Shown: one piece after another, positions 18,636-27,365 of the stretch
How the letters are laid out: each line of letters begins with the position of its first letter
How positions within the stretch are numbered: position 1 is the stretch's first letter
Source: an uncultured Verrucomicrobiae bacterium
Lineage (GTDB): Bacteria > Verrucomicrobiota > Verrucomicrobiia > Chthoniobacterales > JAFAMB01
Reading direction: 5' to 3'
Length of the DNA stretch: 42,004 nt
Assembly: GCA_963762565.1 (NCBI GenBank)
Contig: CAVXLD010000015.1
Span: 1 to 42,004, forward strand
The notes under the pieces: generated by a model
Databases searched by the model: none
The model's input: the letters and a program-made list of their open reading frames with translations, nothing else
Told to the model about the DNA's origin: nothing
Made by a program: the position numbers and the translations under genes

Positions 18636-20497
18636 AATTCGGTGCTCCAGAAGAATTGCTTTGGCTACTCTTCATCCCCGTGCTGGCGTTTCTGATGTGG
18701 AACGGGAACCGGCTAGCACGCAAACGCCTGCATAAGCTACTATCTCCGGATCTGCTGGCTCGGCTGGTCGATTCTCCGATAAAATGGCTCAGAATAGTTC
18801 GCCAGCTTTCTCTGCTCTTGGCCAGCACGGCCTTTGTCCTGGCCTTAGCTCGGCCACAATGGGGAGTAACTCAAGAGACAGTCTCCTTCCGCGGACGCGA
18901 CATCCTCATCGCCATCGATACTTCCCGCAGCATGCTGGCTGGAGACGTCTCACCTAACCGGCTGGGAAGAGCCAAATTGGTCGCCGAGGATTTGATCGCG
19001 GCTCTGCCGGGGGAGCGTATCGGGTTGATCGCTTTTGCTGGTGAAGCTGATGTGCAGGCGCCTCTGACCGTCGACCATGAAACCGTGATCGATGCCATAA
19101 ATCATCTGGATACCAACACGATCGCCCGAGGCGGCACCGATATCGCGTCCGCGATCCGCGCGGCTGAGTTGGCGCTCGGTCAGAAAAGTAAATCTTTGCG
19201 CGCACTGGTGCTGCTGACCGACGGCGAAGAACTTGATGAAGATGGAGTTGTTGCTGCCAGGAAAGCTGCTGAATCGGGCATCCGGATTTTCACGATTGGT
19301 ATCGGCTCGCCGAACGGTTCCCAAATTACGCTGCCCAACGGGCAGTTGCTACGGGATCGAGACGGAGAAGTCGTAACCAGTAAGCTGGATGAGGATCGAC
19401 TAAAATCGATCGCCGAAAGCACCGGCGGTTTTTACCTACGCCTCACTTCGACAACCGCGAGTCAAGTGCTCACTCAGGGTCTGTTACACTTAGGGGATGC
19501 CAATCTCACCAATCGTTCACTGACCAAACCCATAGAACGCTATCAATGGCCGTTAGCCGTCGGGTTGCTATTCTTATTCATAGCGATGGTCACCGCGGAT
19601 CGGCTAAGACGAGCGCCGGCGCCCAACGGCCTCGCACCTGTCGCGCGAAAGCGAAGCGAGACGCGCTCCACGATTCGGCAATCAGCCGCCGTTCTGGTGC
19701 TCTCCTTCATCCTCTTGGGGGTTAGTCGAGGCGCGAGCCCGCTCGACTTTTATCGAAGCGGCGATTACGAGGCCGCCTTAGACTTGTGGCAAGACGAGCT
19801 AAAGGACCATCCACACGACCCGCTTCTGAATCTTAACGCCGGCAACGCCGCTTATCGGTTGGACAGATTCGATCAGGCTTTTGAAAATTACTCTGAGGCG
19901 ATGAAAAGCCCAAACCCGACCCTGCGAGAGAATGGCTATTACAACGGCGGTAACTCTCTATTCAAGGCGGGGGACAATCAAGAGGACGTCGAACGGCAAT
20001 TAATGAATTACTACGACGCCAAGTACCTTTACGAGCAAGCACTGGACATCGATCCAAATGATGCTGACGCTAAGAAAAACCTGGATCTTTTGCTGCGGAG
20101 AATCAAAGAGGCAGAGCAGCAAAAGCGGGTCGAACAACAACGCCAAAGTTCACGCGGAACGGGCGGACAACGACAAAAAAGCGGCCATCAGAATCAGAAC
20201 GATTCAGGAAAGTCGGGGAAGCAACAAAATCAGCCTGACGAAGGGAATTCTGAGTCTGACCAGAATAACGGCGGGAGCGAAAATCCGAATTCAACACCGA
20301 AGAACAAAGAAGGAGACTTGAGAGAAATCCAGCCGCGAGATGCCAATCGACCCGATGGTCAAGATAACCAGTCGACTCAGGATGGAAAAATGAGCCGGGA
20401 AGAGGCGCTGGGCCTTCTGGACTCTCTTCGTGGCGAAGAAGACCATGTGAATCTATCCCGGCATAAACGCGAGAGACAGGTCACCCGGGATTGGTAA
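18632..20497 (+). CDS. batB: BatB-like VWA protein fused to a BatC-like TPR domain and Q/N-rich tail
   Basis: LARPQWG, DTSRSM, LLTDGE; TPRs (LNAGNAAY, YYNGGN); MSREEALGLL...RDW C-terminus. Confidence 0.88.
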   Translation: MKFGAPEELLWLLFIPVLAFLMWNGNRLARKRLHKLLSPDLLARLVDSPIKWLRIVRQLSLLLASTAFVLALARPQWGVTQETVSFRGRDILIAIDTSRSMLAGDVSPNRLGRAKLVAEDLIAALPGERIGLIAFAGEADVQAPLTVDHETVIDAINHLDTNTIARGGTDIASAIRAAELALGQKSKSLRALVLLTDGEELDEDGVVAARKAAESGIRIFTIGIGSPNGSQITLPNGQLLRDRDGEVVTSKLDEDRLKSIAESTGGFYLRLTSTTASQVLTQGLLHLGDANLTNRSLTKPIERYQWPLAVGLLFLFIAMVTADRLRRAPAPNGLAPVARKRSETRSTIRQSAAVLVLSFILLGVSRGASPLDFYRSGDYEAALDLWQDELKDHPHDPLLNLNAGNAAYRLDRFDQAFENYSEAMKSPNPTLRENGYYNGGNSLFKAGDNQEDVERQLMNYYDAKYLYEQALDIDPNDADAKKNLDLLLRRIKEAEQQKRVEQQRQSSRGTGGQRQKSGHQNQNDSGKSGKQQNQPDEGNSESDQNNGGSENPNSTPKNKEGDLREIQPRDANRPDGQDNQSTQDGKMSREEALGLLDSLRGEEDHVNLSRHKRERQVTRDW

Positions 20498-20502
20498 AAA
20501 CT

Positions 20503-20701
20503 AACCGCGAATGGACACGAATGAACGCGAAGAAAGGCGCGGAGCGCTGTAAAACCTTAGCCTAGGTTGAGCTTGCGAGGCCTAGGAAGGATCGAAAAAC
20601 AAGCCAGCGCTGAAAGCGCGTCAGAGTTGGAGCGAATCACGTACAAACATGCACGCAAATAATAGACCTTCATTCGTGTCCATTCGTGTCCATTCGTGGT
20701 T
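20503..20701. repeat. Inverted 9-mer-unit arms (CACGAATGG) enclosing a CCTAGG REP-like arm
   Basis: AACCGCGAATGGACACGAATGAACGCGAA / TTCGTGTCCATTCGTGTCCATTCGTGGTT (26/29); 20539-20626 resembles 37522-37610. Confidence 0.85.
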
Positions 20702-22439
20702 GTTATCTTGGCTCTTTCTTGCCTTGTTGTTGCAGTTGCCGGCGCTAGGGGCGGATCCGGTGATTCGGGCGAATCTTTCGGTAGCCGCAACGACGGTGGA
20801 GCAACCGGTTGAACTGCAGATCGAGATTCAGAATGCCAGGGTCATCGATCCGCCGGATGTGGAGGGTGACCATCTTCAAGTCGAAATGGCAGGCCAATCC
20901 ACGAGGTACCAGGTGATTAATGGCCAACCGTCTTTCAGCTCGATCTTTAGCTATCTGGTAACGCCGTCGCAGGAAGGCACTTTCACGATACCGCCAGTCC
21001 CAATTACCATCGACGGGAAAACCTATTATACCAATGAGCTCACGCTCCAGGTCACAAAGAAGGCACCCAATAATGAAGGAAACCCGCCGGACAAGCCTTA
21101 CTTTGGCGAGCTCGTTATTCCCAAGGATTCGGCTTTCGTCGGAGAGCCCGTTCCGATCGAACTTCGTTTTTATTTCGATCGTCGCATCTGGTACCAGCCC
21201 TACCCTCAAGGCCAGTTTCCCATTATCGATGGTGACGGCTTCGTCACTAAGAAATATCCGGATCCGGTAGAAAAAGAGCAGACGGTCAACGGCAAGAGAT
21301 ATCGACTTCTAATTTACCGGACTGCCATCACCGGGGTACACGCTGGCCGGCTGGAGCTGCCTTCGGCATATCAAGAATTTCTCCTTCATTTGCCGGTCAC
21401 TCAGAGCTCACCTGGGTTCGATGACTTTTTCCAACAAAGTCCGTTTGGGAGTCCTTCTAACGCATTTGAGCGAAAAGATGTGAAGGTGGAGACCAATAGC
21501 GGCTCGATCGAAATTAAGCCGTTGCCGGAAACCGGTCGACCTGCCGATTTCAGTGGCGGCGTTGGCCAATTTACTCTGGACACTTCAGTTAGACCTGAAC
21601 GCAGCAAGGTGGGCGATCCAGTTATTTTCCAGGTGCAGATAAAAGGCCTCGGCAATTTCGATCGGGTGCAGGCACCGCACCTAGACCCGATGCCGGCCTG
21701 GAACGTTCATCAACCGGCCACCGATTTAACCCCTCTCGATGAGGTTGGACTCAGCGCGATCAAAGCGTTTGCCTACGTTCTCATCCCCCAGGAACCGGTG
21801 ACTAGTACGCCTGGCGTGACTTTCTCTTATTTTGATCCTGCCGCAGAGAAGTATGTCGTCCTAAGGGCCGAGCCGAAACCCGTGACGGTTTCCGGCCGAT
21901 CAATGTTAGCAGACACTGCCAGTCCTTCGCCCGTTCAACCAGGGGCCCCGGCAGCTGGTCCTTCCGTAGCCGTTGCTACTAATGTCAGCCATTTCTCAGC
22001 CGCTTCCGATTTTGCAACGGTTCGTCAACAGACTTGGTTTTGGATCGTGCAAGGAATCGCGGTTATCGGCTTGCTGGCGATGGGTTTCAGCCAGTGGTGG
22101 CGCGCCTGGAACGCTCAGCATGCGGCGGAAAAGGCGCTTCGCCGGGAACGTCGCCGCCTTTACCGGGAGCTGAAGAGTGAAGACGACGAAAGTGTATTAT
22201 CTGCAGCAACTCGGCTGATCGAAGTCGACTTTCTTCTCCGGTCACCTGAGACGCCCCGGAAGATCACAGCCGAAGAAGCGCTGCGTCAGAGAAATGTACC
22301 AGATCCGTTGCGAGCGAGGTTGTTGGAATTAGTGGCCAAGCGGAGCGATTTTGTCTACGCGCACCGTTTCTCACCCATTACTCCCATGGATCGAATCGGA
22401 ATCAGAGAAACGCTGCGCGAGTGGGAAAAAACGCCGTGA
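20649..22439 (+). CDS. batD: BatD family protein
   Basis: Signal-like segment, Ig-like repeats (GTFTIPPV, AFVGEPV), LPETGRPADFSGGVGQF, FSYFDP, C-terminal TM; start uncertain. Confidence 0.88.
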   Translation: MHANNRPSFVSIRVHSWLLSWLFLALLLQLPALGADPVIRANLSVAATTVEQPVELQIEIQNARVIDPPDVEGDHLQVEMAGQSTRYQVINGQPSFSSIFSYLVTPSQEGTFTIPPVPITIDGKTYYTNELTLQVTKKAPNNEGNPPDKPYFGELVIPKDSAFVGEPVPIELRFYFDRRIWYQPYPQGQFPIIDGDGFVTKKYPDPVEKEQTVNGKRYRLLIYRTAITGVHAGRLELPSAYQEFLLHLPVTQSSPGFDDFFQQSPFGSPSNAFERKDVKVETNSGSIEIKPLPETGRPADFSGGVGQFTLDTSVRPERSKVGDPVIFQVQIKGLGNFDRVQAPHLDPMPAWNVHQPATDLTPLDEVGLSAIKAFAYVLIPQEPVTSTPGVTFSYFDPAAEKYVVLRAEPKPVTVSGRSMLADTASPSPVQPGAPAAGPSVAVATNVSHFSAASDFATVRQQTWFWIVQGIAVIGLLAMGFSQWWRAWNAQHAAEKALRRERRRLYRELKSEDDESVLSAATRLIEVDFLLRSPETPRKITAEEALRQRNVPDPLRARLLELVAKRSDFVYAHRFSPITPMDRIGIRETLREWEKTP

Positions 22440-23167
22440 ACTGGTTCCTGATTGGATGGTTAGTTCTCTTTATCGGCGCCGAGACCTCCAACGGAGATCC
22501 TGCACTCTGGAATCAGGCGAATCAAGAGTTCACGGCTGGTAAATTTGATCAAGCGCGGGCAGACTATTCGCAGCTAGTCGCCACTAGAAACGTAAGTCCC
22601 GAATTATTTTATAATCTGGGGAACACCTATCTAAAGCTCGATGACAAAGGTCGAGCGGTGTTGAATTTCAAAAGAGCATTGGCCTTAGCTCCCGGCTTCG
22701 AACCCGCCAAACATAATCTTAATCTGGTATTGCAGACGGCCGGCGTTGAACCGGACGAAGAAACGTTGGCCAGCTGGTTCGCGAATTATCCTAACGTCTG
22801 GATGTTAGGTGGATCCATTTTCTTCTGGCTACTTGCTTACGCCGGTTATTTGTGGTTCATCTGGCCGCGTTTTCGCCCGGTTTCAAAAATCGTGCTCGCG
22901 GTCGCCATCCCTTGCGCAGTAGTCTGCCTCGCCCTTGCCTTCTCGGTGGGTGATGGGGTCAGGTCCCCAGATTTGGGGGTAGTTATTAATCCTTCGGTCG
23001 ATGTCCGTTATGGGCCGGCTACTGGATCCCGAGTTACCGTGACGCTCGGGCTTGGCGAATCGGTGCACTTGCTCTCAGAGCGCGGCGCCTGGACGCTGTG
23101 CCGGACTGCTGGCGGACCGGCGGGCTGGCTGCCTTCCAACGCCATTGAGCGATTGGTTCCAAGATGA
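22436..23167 (+). CDS. batE: BatE-like TPR + SH3 protein
   Basis: FYNLGNTY...AVLNFKRAL...HNL, two TM helices, VRYGP...GWLP SH3; GTG start overlaps the batD stop. Confidence 0.87.
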   Translation: MNWFLIGWLVLFIGAETSNGDPALWNQANQEFTAGKFDQARADYSQLVATRNVSPELFYNLGNTYLKLDDKGRAVLNFKRALALAPGFEPAKHNLNLVLQTAGVEPDEETLASWFANYPNVWMLGGSIFFWLLAYAGYLWFIWPRFRPVSKIVLAVAIPCAVVCLALAFSVGDGVRSPDLGVVINPSVDVRYGPATGSRVTVTLGLGESVHLLSERGAWTLCRTAGGPAGWLPSNAIERLVPR

Positions 23168-23187
23168 AGCGGTTAATCAAAAAGAGT

Positions 23188-23348
23188 AAAGATCCACGGA
23201 TTACTCAGATTACGCAGATTACTCTTTAAGATCGATTACTACCAAAATGGCTGCAGACTTTAGCGCTAGGGGAATGGTTTCCATTGATCGTCGACGTAAT
23301 ACGATCACAGAACGAAATCTGTGTAATCTGCGTAATCTGTGGATCTTT
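23188..23348. repeat. Inverted 9-mer-unit arms (CGCAGATTA)
   Basis: AAAGATCCACGGATTACTCAGATTACGCAGATT / AATCTGTGTAATCTGCGTAATCTGTGGATCTTT (30/33). Confidence 0.88.
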
Positions 23349-24152
23349 AATCTGCGGATTGTGGGATTAGTCCTCACCGCGTTTTTCGCCATCACCGTAG
23401 CGTACGGCGAGGAGACTAAGCCCTCCTGGGAAAGTTCTGTCACTACCGATAAGGGTCCAGGAAAGTTTCCCGCCCCTCCCAACGTCCATCTTACCTACCG
23501 TTTTGGGTGGAGCGGAATCACAGCCGCGGAGGCCGAAGTGCGTCTGGTTAATAGAGACGACACCACAAAAATAACTGCCTCAGGCGGCACCACTGGCTTT
23601 GCCCGGACCCTGTTCAAGTGTGACATCGACCATGAGTGCACTTCCCAGCGCAATGCTCTCCTGCCCATCCATATCGTGCAGGACGAGAAGTATTCTTATG
23701 AGACCGTGCACACGACAATCGAGTTCAATGAAAAGTCTGTGACTAGTCTTCGGGAAGTAACCCCAACCAAAGATCCACCTAAACCTAGGACCTTGGAGTT
23801 TTATCCAGTATTTAGCCTGGAAACAGCACTCCTCTGGCTGCGGAGCCAGCCGCTCAACGACGGCGAAAGAGAAGTCATGGCAGTGTATGCTAACAACGCG
23901 GCTTATCTGGGAACGATAAAAGTCGTTGGTCGAGAACGAATCCATATCGGCCAAACCGACCGCAACGCGATAAAGGTCGAATTCAATTTCAAAACCATCG
24001 ATCAACACCTCCAGCTAAGAACGTACAAGCGCTTCAAAAGCGGCCGTGGCTGGATCTCTGACGACGAGTACCGGCTGCCGCTTCGCGTAGAAGCAGATAT
24101 TTTTATCGGCTACGTTTTTGCCGAACTCGAGACCAGCGACCTGGGGATGTAG
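23247..24152 (+). CDS. DUF3108 domain exported protein
   Basis: LTYRFGWSGITAA, WISDDEYRLPLRVEADIFIG; the true start may be GTG 23361. Confidence 0.75.
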   Translation: MAADFSARGMVSIDRRRNTITERNLCNLRNLWIFNLRIVGLVLTAFFAITVAYGEETKPSWESSVTTDKGPGKFPAPPNVHLTYRFGWSGITAAEAEVRLVNRDDTTKITASGGTTGFARTLFKCDIDHECTSQRNALLPIHIVQDEKYSYETVHTTIEFNEKSVTSLREVTPTKDPPKPRTLEFYPVFSLETALLWLRSQPLNDGEREVMAVYANNAAYLGTIKVVGRERIHIGQTDRNAIKVEFNFKTIDQHLQLRTYKRFKSGRGWISDDEYRLPLRVEADIFIGYVFAELETSDLGM

Positions 24153-24162
24153 GGGCGTCGCG

Positions 24163-24799
24163 CAGAGGACGCAAAAAGAAAGCCTCGCGCAAAGGACGCA
24201 ACGGACGCAACGTAAGGCAGGAAGAGAACCCGGATTGGGGCCACGCCAACCACTACTACAAACGTTGGAGCCTCGCGCAGAGGGCGCAACGGATTATCTT
24301 TCAGTCATGTTCCACCAAGCGATTTGCCAGTCGTTTAATGCCATTCTTAAGATGTTCCTCGCCAAAGTTGATCAGGTATCCGAGGCGCAAGTTTGTTAAT
24401 CGAAGCTGCGTCAAAACTTGCTTTGCATGAACACGCTCCAGAGCCTCAACCGACTTCAGCTCTACAATAACCTTATTTTCTACGATCAGGTCTGCCGAAA
24501 TCCTTCATCAAAGGACAGGCCCCGATAGATGATGGGGACCGATTTCTGGCGCTCGACTTCCAACCCGATTCCGCGCAGCTCATGTGCTAGAACGACCTCA
24601 TAAACGGTTTCTAACAGCCCAGGCCCAAGCTCGGTATGAATCTCGAAAGCAAAATCTAAGATCCTTTTCCCTAATTGATTTTCAGTCATAGTGAGACCCG
24701 GTTGTAGCAAGCGTCTACTTGGGCCTCAATCTACATTTCCGCCCGCTTTCGTTGCGTCCTTCGCGTCCTCTGCGCGAGGCTTTCTTTTTGCGTCCTCTG
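24163..24799. mobile_element. Candidate element: GxxExxY gene bracketed by 50-bp inverted 9-mer-unit arms
   Basis: 24163-24212 vs 24750-24799 IR with about 3 mismatches; extra partial arm at 24269-24293. Confidence 0.7.
24301..24689 (-). pseudogene. GxxExxY protein (PD-(D/E)XK nuclease-like), 1-bp frameshift
   Basis: MTENQ...LGPGLLETVY...GFR; after restoring one base near 24496 it reads ADLIVENKVIVELKSV...KQVLTQLRLTNLRLGYLINFG...HD*. Confidence 0.9.
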
Positions 24800-25169
24800 T
24801 CAGGGTCTCGTGTTCACAACCGTGACGGTAGCGTCGGAGCTGTTGCTCACGTAAAGCGCTTTGCCGTTTCGGGGCCATCGCCGCCGCTACTGGCACATTG
24901 CCAACCGTGATCGGTGAACCGACGATCGCTCCGCTAAGAGCGTTGAGCATGACAACTTGATAGCCGGATCCGGCTGGGTTCACCTGAGGAACGTAAAGGT
25001 AACGCCCGGTCGGGGTCAATGCCGGCAGAACAGGAACCGCCGAGGATAACGGGCTCGGCGCAAATAGGAATGGGTTACCGATGGCGGCGCCGGTTACGGC
25101 GTTACAGGCAGTGACATAATTGTCTCCGTCCGCGACATACAGCCTTGTGGCGGCGACATTGATCGTCAT
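24800..25169 (-). pseudogene. C-terminal remnant of a YVTN/YncE-type beta-propeller
   Basis: LTPTGRYLYV, ITVGNVPVAAAMAP; removing one A near 24868 gives NGKALYVSNSSDATVTVVNTRP*; no N-terminus. Confidence 0.7.
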
Positions 25170-25250
25170 CTTCTTCTGAAGAACCTTAGAACTCCAACGC
25201 CCCGGAGATTCAGGTCTCATTCCCGAGGGATCGCCTGCCCCGCAACTTCG

Positions 25251-25295
25251 AACTCAAAACCTAAAACCTAAAACCTAGAACCTAGACCCTAGAAC
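25251..25295. repeat. Heptamer tandem repeat (AACCTA[A/G])
   Basis: AACTCAA AACCTAA AACCTAA AACCTAG AACCTAG ACCCTAG overlapping the exonuclease stop. Confidence 0.75.
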
Positions 25296-26200
25296 GGTAG
25301 CTCCCCCTGCCCTAGCACCACATTCTCCGCTTCTCTCTGTACCTCGGGTAGAAGCGTCTTGAACTCATATCGTTCAAGCCCGCGGATATATTCTGGATAG
25401 TCCGGCTTGATTCGGAGCGCGGAAATTTCTACCGGCAAGGGATGGTCCAGCTCCAATTGAACCATTTGCCGATTCTCCCGAATCTGTTTTTCTGACTGCT
25501 GTAACCGAAGCCGCAGTTTTTCATTTTTCACATCCGGCAGATGCTGGAGCAGATTTTCAACCGTGCCGAATTCCTGGATCAGGTTTGCCGCCGTTTTGTG
25601 TCCGATCCCTTCGATCCCGGGAATGTTGTCGACCGTGTCTCCGGTAAGGGTCAATAGCTCCACGATTTGATGAGGAGGGACCTCCCACTTCCGCGTCACC
25701 TCGACTTCACCCAACAGCGCATGAGAGTCTTTCGGGTTTCTTAGGTCGGCCTTATTGGTGGAATAGACTGTGACCCGCGAGTCCACGAGCTGAAAAAGAT
25801 CCTTGTCGTTGGTCGCTAAGACGACCTCTACACCCGTTTTACGTGCCTCCATGACGTAGCAGCCCATCAGGTCGTCCGCTTCCGTATCCGGCTTCGAAAT
25901 TGAGACCAGCCCCATGGCCCCGCAAAAAGACTGGATGAAGTTTAGCTGGGGGATCATTTTATCGGGCATCGCCTCCCGCTGCTGTTTGTAACCGGGCTGT
26001 AACGTCACCCTTTTCTGGGGCATCCCTTCATCCCAAAAAACCGCGGCCAAGTCCGGCCTCACATCCTTTATCATTTTTCGCACGGTCTTGACGAATCCGT
26101 AGACCGCGTTGGCCGGCTCTCCCTTCGAATTCGTCAGATTCTGGATGGCGTGAAACGAGCGATAAACGTAGTAATGGCCGTCAATGAGGAGCAATTTCAC
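25289..26200 (-). CDS. Stand-alone 5'-3' exonuclease / flap endonuclease (PolA N-terminal-like)
   Basis: LLIDG, RSFHA, YKQQR, EADD, NDKDLFQL, GDTVDNIPGIEGIGHKTA; GTG at 26200. Confidence 0.92.
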   Translation of the reverse strand: MKLLLIDGHYYVYRSFHAIQNLTNSKGEPANAVYGFVKTVRKMIKDVRPDLAAVFWDEGMPQKRVTLQPGYKQQREAMPDKMIPQLNFIQSFCGAMGLVSISKPDTEADDLMGCYVMEARKTGVEVVLATNDKDLFQLVDSRVTVYSTNKADLRNPKDSHALLGEVEVTRKWEVPPHQIVELLTLTGDTVDNIPGIEGIGHKTAANLIQEFGTVENLLQHLPDVKNEKLRLRLQQSEKQIRENRQMVQLELDHPLPVEISALRIKPDYPEYIRGLERYEFKTLLPEVQREAENVVLGQGELPF

Positions 26201-26490
26201 TTGGAGGCGATGGGTTGAGTTACAGAGGTCAGAGGTCAACATAGATTCTCTCGAAAAACCGCCAAGCACTTTGTGCCCTAGCTACAAGTGCCATGTTGGT
26301 TAGCAGGCTCTTGAGAAACGATCGCGAGGCGGGGCCAAACGCGTGCACTGCTGCGGCTCCCTGTGCGCGTTCAACGCCGACTGATACGTCCACAATAGCT
26401 CATCGAGACGAACACCGGAGAGATAGATAGGTAATGCTGGCGCACTGAATGAGGAGCCCGCTTCTACCGGCTCAACTGACTTGCTGTCGT

Positions 26491-26757
26491 ATGAAACGTC
26501 TCGAAGCTGAAATCTTAGAGAACGAACCCGAAGATCCTAGGACGGAACCAGATCAACAGCCTAACACTTGGCTCATTCAAGGGAAATTGAGTGAAGACGT
26601 TCTCAATTGGGAAAATGTGCAACTCGACTTTCAGTCTGCTGAAATCGAGACCGAAATCATTGAAAGCAGTCTTTCCAACCCCACTCGTTTTACTATCCGG
26701 ACATCGGGCAGGTCCCCGTTGAAAAAAGGAGATCAGGTACACGTCAATATTCGGTAA
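26491..26757 (+). CDS. Hypothetical protein
   Basis: Open frame MKRLEAEILENE...; natural composition, no recognised motif. Confidence 0.55.
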   Translation: MKRLEAEILENEPEDPRTEPDQQPNTWLIQGKLSEDVLNWENVQLDFQSAEIETEIIESSLSNPTRFTIRTSGRSPLKKGDQVHVNIR

Positions 26758-26949
26758 GCGTTTCTGCGTCTTTAGAGCGGGTTCAAATTACTGATCCTGA
26801 AACGTCGATGATGTTTCGCGTCAGAATTATCGGATAGGCTTGCTAATGGTTGGCTGGCATGCGTCGTTCGGTTGAGAACCGTCCAGGGCTCTCAAGACGA
26901 ACTTGGATGGAATCGCATGTCGTCTCGCAAGTGGTTTCGGCTCTAGCGT

Positions 26950-27342
26950 ATGTCCTCTCATCGTCTCAGTCATTGCACCATCATCGTGGTGGAGGATCAC
27001 GACGACGCGCGCACTTACTTGGGGAAGTTCTTGAGCCGTTTGGGCGCCAATGTGACCTTGGCGAAAGACGGCGTGGAAGGTTTGGAGGCAGTGAAGAATA
27101 ATAATCCGAATTTGGTCATCACCGACCTCCAGATGCCTCGCGTAGATGGTTTCGAGTTATTAAAAGCGATTCGCGCTCTCGATCCCGATGGCAAAGGCAG
27201 TGTACCGATCATCGCGATGACCGCATTCGCTACCCGAGCAGCGCTTGCGCGCTTAGTTCATAAAGGTTTTCGAGCCTGCCTGGAGAAACCGTTCACCGCT
27301 GAAAAGCTGCTGGCTACGATTCTCGAGGCGCTGGAAAGATGA
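26950..27342 (+). CDS. Single-domain response regulator (receiver)
   Basis: VVEDHDD, ITDLQMPRVDG, MTA, EKP. Confidence 0.92.
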   Translation: MSSHRLSHCTIIVVEDHDDARTYLGKFLSRLGANVTLAKDGVEGLEAVKNNNPNLVITDLQMPRVDGFELLKAIRALDPDGKGSVPIIAMTAFATRAALARLVHKGFRACLEKPFTAEKLLATILEALER

Positions 27343-27365
27343 ATGTCTAGTGCTTCCACTGAACC

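Noticed and set aside
24490..24500. Programmed frameshift in the GxxExxY gene
   Set aside because: No slippery heptamer at the break (TTT CGG CA); a simple 1-bp deletion or sequencing error is more parsimonious.
24299..24689. 10-bp direct repeat TTTCAGTCAT at both ends of the GxxExxY gene as a target-site duplication
   Set aside because: Both copies overlap coding sequence (start and stop) and lie inside the arms; cannot be distinguished from chance.
26353..26465. Lone GCGGCTCCC plus GGAGCCCGC as a sixth four-motif element
   Set aside because: Terminal IRs are missing and the second core is imperfect.
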